Below, in pieces: positions 57,106 to 62,760 of a stretch of DNA of 62,760 nt. The notes beneath the pieces were generated by a model. It worked only from the letters and a program-made list of their open reading frames with translations. It made no database searches and was not told where the DNA came from. Position numbers and translations under genes: made by a program. The stretch spans positions 1-62,760 of the forward strand of contig JAPLHV010000034.1 of the NCBI GenBank assembly GCA_026389455.1. Reading direction: 5' to 3'. The stretch is from Coprothermobacterota bacterium (lineage in GTDB: Bacteria; Caldisericota; JANLFM01). How positions within the stretch are numbered: position 1 is the first letter of the stretch; the number at the start of each line of letters is the position of its first letter.

Positions 57106-58043
57106 CCCGCGTCGCTCTCCTCTTGAAGGGGGATTTCTACGAGACGCCTGCCGACTTGAAGCGGGAAGGGCAGCAGGTGCGCACTGCCCAGGCTGTCTCC
57201 CGCGCCTTGGAGAACTTGGGGATGGAACCCTTCTACCTTCCCCTTTCCCCGCCGCGCTTCGCTCCCCTGCAGAACATACAAGCGGACCTGATCTTCAACC
57301 TCTATGCCTCCACCGGCCTGGAGCAAGCCTTGGTCAGCTCTCTCTTGGAGCTGACCCGCCTTCCCTACACCGGCTCCTCCCCGTTGGGTCACTTCCTGGC
57401 CCTGCACAAGCCCTGGGCGAAGAACATCTGGCGAGATTGGAATCTGCCGACACCGGCCTCCTTCGAGCACGGCGACCCCAAAACAGACGACTTCCCCTTG
57501 ATCGTCAAACCGGACCGGGGCGGTTCGGGGGAAGGGGTCTATTCCTCTTGTCTGGTCTACAACAAGAGCCAATTGCAGGAGCAGTTGACTTGGATGGCGT
57601 CCTTCTCGCCGCTCTTGGTGGAGCGTTTCATCGCCGGCCGCGAGCTGACAGTGGGCATCTTGGGAGACCCGCCACGAGCCCTCCCCCCCCTGGAGATCAC
57701 CTTCGACCGTCTCCCTCCGGAGCTTCCCCCCATCCTCTCCTACGAGGCCAAGACGCGCTTCGATGAACTGGTGGGGGTAAAGCGCGCCTCCCTCTCTTCC
57801 GAGTTGGAGGGCGAGGTGAGGCGAATCAGCGAGAGCGCTTTTCAGGCCCTCAACCTGCGCCACTACGCCCGCATTGATCTTCGTCTGGACGAGGAGGGGC
57901 ATCCCTGGCTGTTGGAGGCTAACAGCCTGCCTGGATTGGACCCGGATTACTCTGACTTCCCTCGCGCCGCCAAGTTGGCCGGTCTCTCCTACCATCAACT
58001 GATCGGGGAGCTGGTCCGGTTGGCCTTGGAGAAACCCCGATGA
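57102..58043 (+). CDS. D-Ala-D-Ala ligase-like ATP-grasp enzyme
   Basis: PYTGS, VKP..GGSG.G, VERFIAGRELTV, YARID, EANSLPG. Confidence 0.8.
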   Translation: MTRVALLLKGDFYETPADLKREGQQVRTAQAVSRALENLGMEPFYLPLSPPRFAPLQNIQADLIFNLYASTGLEQALVSSLLELTRLPYTGSSPLGHFLALHKPWAKNIWRDWNLPTPASFEHGDPKTDDFPLIVKPDRGGSGEGVYSSCLVYNKSQLQEQLTWMASFSPLLVERFIAGRELTVGILGDPPRALPPLEITFDRLPPELPPILSYEAKTRFDELVGVKRASLSSELEGEVRRISESAFQALNLRHYARIDLRLDEEGHPWLLEANSLPGLDPDYSDFPRAAKLAGLSYHQLIGELVRLALEKPR

Positions 58044-58738
58044 AGCAACTGGCCGCCTTGGAGACGCGCACCGATGGACGTACGATGGTTCATGCCCTCA
58101 CCCTGCCCGGCTGTTTTGTTCGCGGGGCTGACCGCGAGACGGCGCTGGTCGCCTTTCCCAAAGAGATCGAAGCTTTCCTGGGCTGGTTGGAGCAGAAGGG
58201 GATCCATCCCGAGAACACTGCCCGGGAGTGGGAACTGGTGGAGGAACAGCAGGGGGTAGCCCCTTTCGAATCGGGGGACGATGCGGCCCTCTTCCAACTG
58301 GACCTCCTCCCCCCGGAGGATGCTGAGCTGGAATCCTATCTGCGCGTCTCTCAAGCAGCCCGGGATGACTTGCTGGCCTTGACCGTCCCCCTCTCTCTTG
58401 AAGAGCGGAAGGCCCCTCGCTCTGAGATTCGGACCATCGAGGGTATCCTTTGGCACATCGCCCATGCGGAGGAGTGGTACATCTCTCGTTTGGGTGTAAT
58501 CCCCGAGCTGCACGCCTTCGACGCTTTCCCCGGAACCTTGTTCGAATACCTGGCTGCTGTACGTCGGCTGGCGCAGTCGCGCTTCCGCTCCCTGACCTCG
58601 TTGGAGCGAGCTACCATCTACCGCTTCCCCGAGTACACTAGCCACCCCGACGAACCATGGAACTTGCGCAAAGCTCTACGGCGGATGATCGAGCACGAGC
58701 GAGAGCACACCGCCAACATCCGGCGTATCCTGGAATAA
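58040..58738 (+). CDS. HicB-like N-terminal domain fused to a DinB/YfiT domain
   Basis: LPGCFVRG...ALV N-terminus; WHIAHAE and EHEREH metal-binding His motifs. Confidence 0.75.
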   Translation: MKQLAALETRTDGRTMVHALTLPGCFVRGADRETALVAFPKEIEAFLGWLEQKGIHPENTAREWELVEEQQGVAPFESGDDAALFQLDLLPPEDAELESYLRVSQAARDDLLALTVPLSLEERKAPRSEIRTIEGILWHIAHAEEWYISRLGVIPELHAFDAFPGTLFEYLAAVRRLAQSRFRSLTSLERATIYRFPEYTSHPDEPWNLRKALRRMIEHEREHTANIRRILE

Positions 58739-58960
58739 AAAGGACAGATTTATTTTTCTACTTTTCTCGGTCTTCCCAGCCCTCGAGATTCCACCCGTCT
58801 TTTCGATTTCTTCTCCATGGATTGGGGACAAGGGGGGGACGGCTGCGCCTTGCACTGTCGCAGGCGAGCCAAGCAACTGAAGCGTTCCTGTAGATCGGGG
58901 GGAGTTCGTCTTCTCGCTTGTGGGAACCGTAGAGGGCATCCTCTTCTTGGTCGTTATATA

Positions 58961-58985
58961 GGACGGGTTTGAAACCCGCCCCTAC
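58961..58985 (-). repeat. GTAG-type REP
   Basis: Reverse complement gtaggggcgggtttcaaacccgtcc. Confidence 0.85.
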
Positions 58986-59059
58986 GGCAAAGAGAGAGTC
59001 TAAAGATGCTGGCTGGGGGACTGGGCTGAGGAGATATTCAGGGAGTTGTGCGAAAGGCT

Positions 59060-59096
59060 GACATAATGCATTTGTTGTACAACACTGCGTTATGTC
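59060..59096. other. 37-bp near-perfect palindrome downstream of the response regulator
   Basis: gacataatgca-tt-tgttgtacaaca-c-tgcgttatgtc. Confidence 0.65.
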
Positions 59097-59120
59097 CCAA
59101 ATTTTTCCGAATTATTCAAG

Positions 59121-59777
59121 CTATTCTGTGTGGGGAGTCACCAGACCGTTCTGGATGGCGTAACGCACCAGGCTCACCACCTCATGAAAGCCCAACCGCT
59201 TCATCAGCAGCATGCGATGGGTATCAGCCGTACTGACGGCGATGTTCAGGATTTCGGCGATCTCCCGCGTGCTGTAGCCTTCGGCGATCAACTGCAGCAC
59301 TTGGCGCTGGGCGGGTGTCAGGGGTGGGGCGCCATGGTCGGCTCGCATCCGTGCCAAGTTCTCTTCCACTGCCGCTCGCGAGATGGACGGGGCTAGGTAC
59401 ATTCTACCCGCGCTGACCTCACGCAGCGCTTGCTCCAGCTCTCCGCCGGCGGCATCCTTCAACAAGTAGCCATCCGCCCCGGCTTGCAGGGCGCGGCAGA
59501 CGTACTCCTCGTTGGCATGCATGGAGAGGATCAGCACGCGCACCTTGCGCCATTTTCGCTTGATCCGCTGCGTCGCTTCCAGGCCGTTCAGTCGAGGCAT
59601 GGAGAGATCCATCAGGACCACGCGGGGGTGAAAGCGCCTGACGCATTCGACGGCCTCCTCCCCATTGGCTGCTTCGGCCAGCACCACCACGTCTGGGACT
59701 TTCTCCAGGAGGGAGCGCAGGCCGGCCCGGAAGAGGGTGTGGTCATCGGCCAAGATGACCCCGATTGGTCCCTTCAT
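59121..59777 (-). CDS. NarL/LuxR-family response regulator
   Basis: LADDH, MDLSMP, LSMH, GYLLK, LTPAQRQVL..IAEG HTH; ATG 59777 overlaps the kinase stop. Confidence 0.93.
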   Translation of the reverse strand: MKGPIGVILADDHTLFRAGLRSLLEKVPDVVVLAEAANGEEAVECVRRFHPRVVLMDLSMPRLNGLEATQRIKRKWRKVRVLILSMHANEEYVCRALQAGADGYLLKDAAGGELEQALREVSAGRMYLAPSISRAAVEENLARMRADHGAPPLTPAQRQVLQLIAEGYSTREIAEILNIAVSTADTHRMLLMKRLGFHEVVSLVRYAIQNGLVTPHTE

Positions 59778-61909
59778 TCCCTCCTCTTCCTGTGGTTCCC
59801 TTTGCCCAGGGGGAAGACCGCCCGCACCTCGGCGCCCTGACCCGGGCTGGTATGGATGGTCAGCTTTCCTTGCACCAGCAACACCCGCTCCTGCATCCCC
59901 ACCAAGCCAAGGCTCTCCCCCTTCATACCGGCTTCCATGGCATGCTCCAGGTCGAAGCCGCATCCGTCGTCACGCACGCACAAGAGGAGGGAATCGCCTC
60001 GCTGACTTACCGTGACCACTACTTCCTGGGCGCCGGCATGGCGAATGACGTTGGTCAATGCTTCCTGAACGACACGGAAACAAACAGTCTCCAATTCACT
60101 GGAGAGGTGCAGCTCGGCCGGCTCGGCGGAGAGGCCAGTCCGCAGTCCGGTACGGCGAGCCAAGCGATCCAAACTGCCGCGCAGGCACTCAACCAAGCCC
60201 AGGTCGTCGAGGGCAGTGGGACGCAACTCCAGAGAGAGGCTGCGCACCTTCTCAATGGCTTGGTCGATGGTGTCGACGCTCTCTTTCAAGAGGACACGCT
60301 CTTCCTCCTGCAGTTCTTGCACTGGGAGGTTCTGCAGGGTCAGCTTCACCGCCGAGAGAGCCTGCCCGATCTGGTCATGCAGCTCGCGGGCGATGACCCG
60401 CCGCTCCCCTTCCTGGGCTTCCAGCAGACGTCGGGGAATTGATCGCATCTGTTCTTCGGCCCTTTTGCGGTCGCTGATGTCGCGCGCAATGCCTAGAAAA
60501 GCGCGTGAGGCGCCGAGAGCGTTGCGAATCAAGGAGAGTTTCAGCTCACCGGGCAGGGTGGAGCAGTTCACCCGAGCCAGTGTGACTTCAAATGTAACAG
60601 ACCGGCCACTAGCCAACACACGCAGGGATTCTTGGTGGATGCGGACATTCTCTTCTGGAATGACCAACTCCCCAACCGGCAACCCCATCATAGCGTGGGT
60701 TGTCGCATACCCGTGCAGCGCGGCGGCCTGCTGATTAGCCAGCAGGATCTCACCGTTCAACCCCACCAGAACGATTGCATCCGGCGACGACTCCAGAATG
60801 GTGCGGGCTTGTTCTTCGCTCTCGCGCAAGGCTTGCTCGGATCGGGTCCGGGAAGTGACGTCTTCGATCATAGTGATCGCCTGGGAGACCTGGCCCCCCT
60901 CTATAATGGGAATCTTCTTCACCCGAAAGATCCCCTCCCGCTCTCCTCGCCGCAAATGAGTCAGGCTCTCCAGCGCTTGGCCGCTTCTGAACACCCACTC
61001 GTATTCCTGGCGCTGCACCTCCCCACCGAATGGGAAGACATCCGGCGCCTCCTGCCCCAGGATCTCCACATCCGTGAAGGCAGGTTCCTGTTCCCCACGC
61101 CACTCCCGCTGCATGCGCCGGAAGGCGCTGTTGGCAAGCAGGATGCGCAGATCGGGGCCGACCACGTGGAGGGGATCGTCGATCCCCTCGATGGTGGCAT
61201 GATACTGAACTTCCGACCGTACCAACGATTCGTGGCTGCGCCGGCGCATGATGGCGCCGGCCACCATTCCGCCGATGATGCGCAGCAAGGTGGCCGTCTC
61301 GGGGCTCCACTCCTTCTCCCGGCTGTATTGGTTGAGCCCGATCCAACCGAAGAGAGAACCCCCGAAGAGGATCGGGACAGCCAATGCCGAGTGAATCCCC
61401 AAGTAGTCCAGGAGGCGCTGTTCTACCTCCGCTTCCGGTGGCAGTTCGGCAACATTGGGAATCTCGATCGCCTCGCGCCGTCGCAGCTTCGCCGCCACCC
61501 AAGGGATCTCATCCACCTCGATGCAGGGAAGCAGCTCGTTGCTGCGACCGGGGAGACCGGAGAAGTATTGGGAGGACTGGAGGAAGTAGCGCGAGTCTGC
61601 GGACAACAACCGAATGAATGCGCTCTCCGCCTGGCAGAACTCACGCAATTGGGTCAGAGCGTCCTGCACCCCTTGACCCACCTCCTCTGGAGGCAAGTTC
61701 AGGAAATGGCTGGAGATCTGGGCGATCAGGCGATCTCCGCTGGCGCGGTGGCGAAGCTGCGATTCACTCACCTCGCACAACTTGATAGCCCCCGGCAGCT
61801 TGATAGCCCCCGGCAGCTTGATAGCCCCCGGCAGCTTGATAGCCCCCGGCAGCTTGATAGCCCCCGGCAGGGTGTTACGATCAATGCGGCCCTCCCTCCC
61901 CTCGGGCAT
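59774..61909 (-). CDS. GAF-PAS-PAS sensor histidine kinase (HisKA_3); exact start uncertain
   Basis: ERRVIARELHDQIGQ, QEALTNVIRHA, DDGCGF, LGLVGMQER. Confidence 0.92.
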   Translation of the reverse strand: MPEGREGRIDRNTLPGAIKLPGAIKLPGAIKLPGAIKLPGAIKLCEVSESQLRHRASGDRLIAQISSHFLNLPPEEVGQGVQDALTQLREFCQAESAFIRLLSADSRYFLQSSQYFSGLPGRSNELLPCIEVDEIPWVAAKLRRREAIEIPNVAELPPEAEVEQRLLDYLGIHSALAVPILFGGSLFGWIGLNQYSREKEWSPETATLLRIIGGMVAGAIMRRRSHESLVRSEVQYHATIEGIDDPLHVVGPDLRILLANSAFRRMQREWRGEQEPAFTDVEILGQEAPDVFPFGGEVQRQEYEWVFRSGQALESLTHLRRGEREGIFRVKKIPIIEGGQVSQAITMIEDVTSRTRSEQALRESEEQARTILESSPDAIVLVGLNGEILLANQQAAALHGYATTHAMMGLPVGELVIPEENVRIHQESLRVLASGRSVTFEVTLARVNCSTLPGELKLSLIRNALGASRAFLGIARDISDRKRAEEQMRSIPRRLLEAQEGERRVIARELHDQIGQALSAVKLTLQNLPVQELQEEERVLLKESVDTIDQAIEKVRSLSLELRPTALDDLGLVECLRGSLDRLARRTGLRTGLSAEPAELHLSSELETVCFRVVQEALTNVIRHAGAQEVVVTVSQRGDSLLLCVRDDGCGFDLEHAMEAGMKGESLGLVGMQERVLLVQGKLTIHTSPGQGAEVRAVFPLGKGNHRKRRE
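61781..61870. repeat. 18-bp perfect tandem array x5 with anchor
   Basis: cttgatagcccccggcag x5 followed by ggtgtt. Confidence 0.95.
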
Positions 61910-61965
61910 CCATCCAACGGGTAGGCGGCGTAGAGAGCAAGGAAGGAAGGCGAACGCCCTTCAGC

Positions 61966-62712
61966 TCACTTGCCCTTGGCCTGATCGGCCACTGCCTGAG
62001 CCGCTCTGGCGATCTCTTCCGGGTTTCCCAAATAACGGTGGCCGATGGGGTGCAAGTCTTCGCTCAAGTCGTAGACCAGGGGGATCCCGGTGGGAATATT
62101 CAGTTCCACAATCTCCTCGTCCGGGATCTGATCCAGATACTTCACCAGAGCGCGCAGGCTGTTGCCGTGGGCTACAATCAGCAAGCGCCGGCCGGCTCGG
62201 ATGGCGGGCACGATGGCCTGGCGCCAATACGGTAAAAAGCGAGCGACGGTGTCCTTCAGACACTCAGCGAGGGGGACTTGTTCCGGAGCCAGATCGCGGT
62301 AACGTGGATCATGCCCGGGCCAACGAGGGTCGGCCGGCTCCAGGGAAGGAGGTTGGATATCGTAGCTGCGCCGCCATAATTTCACCTGCGCTTCCCCGTA
62401 GCGGGCTGCCGTCTCTGCCTTGTTCAGCCCCTGCAGGGCGCCGTAGTGGCGCTCGTTCAGTTCCCATGCGCGCACCACAGGGATCCACATCAGGTCCATC
62501 TCGTCCAGCACCAGCCAAAGGGTGCGGATAGCCCGCTTCAATACCGAGGTGTAGGCCAAGTCGAAGGTGAAACCGGCCTCGCGCAAGACTCGCCCGCTGC
62601 GCGTGGCTTCCTCAATGCCCAGTGGGGAGAGATCCACATCGGTCCATCCGGTGAAGCGGTTCTCCTTATTCCACACGCTCTCCCCGTGCCGTAACAGTAC
62701 GATCTGGTACAT
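61966..62712 (-). CDS. gpmA: 2,3-bisphosphoglycerate-dependent phosphoglycerate mutase
   Basis: [27 protein letters not shown]. Confidence 0.97.
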   Translation of the reverse strand: MYQIVLLRHGESVWNKENRFTGWTDVDLSPLGIEEATRSGRVLREAGFTFDLAYTSVLKRAIRTLWLVLDEMDLMWIPVVRAWELNERHYGALQGLNKAETAARYGEAQVKLWRRSYDIQPPSLEPADPRWPGHDPRYRDLAPEQVPLAECLKDTVARFLPYWRQAIVPAIRAGRRLLIVAHGNSLRALVKYLDQIPDEEIVELNIPTGIPLVYDLSEDLHPIGHRYLGNPEEIARAAQAVADQAKGK

Positions 62713-62734
62713 GTCATTCCTCCAATCGAGAGAA

Positions 62735-62760
62735 GATAGCCCGCGGCAGCTTGATAGCCC
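62735..62760. repeat. 18-bp array, truncated by the window end
   Basis: gatagcccgcggcagcttgatagccc. Confidence 0.8.

Noticed and set aside
58040-58300. HicAB toxin-antitoxin system
   Set aside because: The HicB-like fold is fused to DinB and there is no adjacent HicA ORF.
59778-59963. N-terminal extension of the response regulator
   Set aside because: It overlaps the kinase 3' end; ATG 59777 gives the usual ATGA coupling and receiver start.

Overview
A 62.8 kb GC-rich bacterial chromosomal window. The taxon cannot be determined from sequence alone; the gene content suggests an anaerobe with an SLH-type cell envelope. It holds about 55 mostly housekeeping or metabolic CDSs: a heterodimeric ABC exporter, HtrA, a peptide-salvage operon (S66 peptidase, Opp with an SLH-fused binding protein, two M20 peptidases), dnaE, a DUF1998 helicase, three PPK2 genes, a methylmalonyl-CoA mutase cluster, the liv transporter, a biotin-dependent carboxyltransferase cluster lacking a membrane beta subunit, alr, pit/DUF47, a NarL-type two-component system and gpmA. 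I found no rRNA, tRNA, CRISPR array, transposase or integrase. Two things stand out. (1) A translationally coupled three-gene module at 19789-23451: a His-on corrinoid protein, a URO-D/MtaA-fold protein that lacks the zinc-thiolate cysteines, and a diguanylate cyclase with a Cys-rich DUF1638-like N-terminus. This is a candidate cobalamin/methyl-sensing c-di-GMP signalling system. (2) An unusually dense, multi-family set of small repeats: an 18-bp motif forming polar 18/24-bp tandem arrays, perfect GGGGACAGATTT palindromes with self-compensated flanks, GTAG-type REPs, inverted octamer arrays and a 117-bp dispersed element. These co-locate in mosaics, sit in-frame inside genes including dnaE, and often supply gene stop codons. 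All alignments and counts were done by eye; family assignments come from motif recognition, not database searches.
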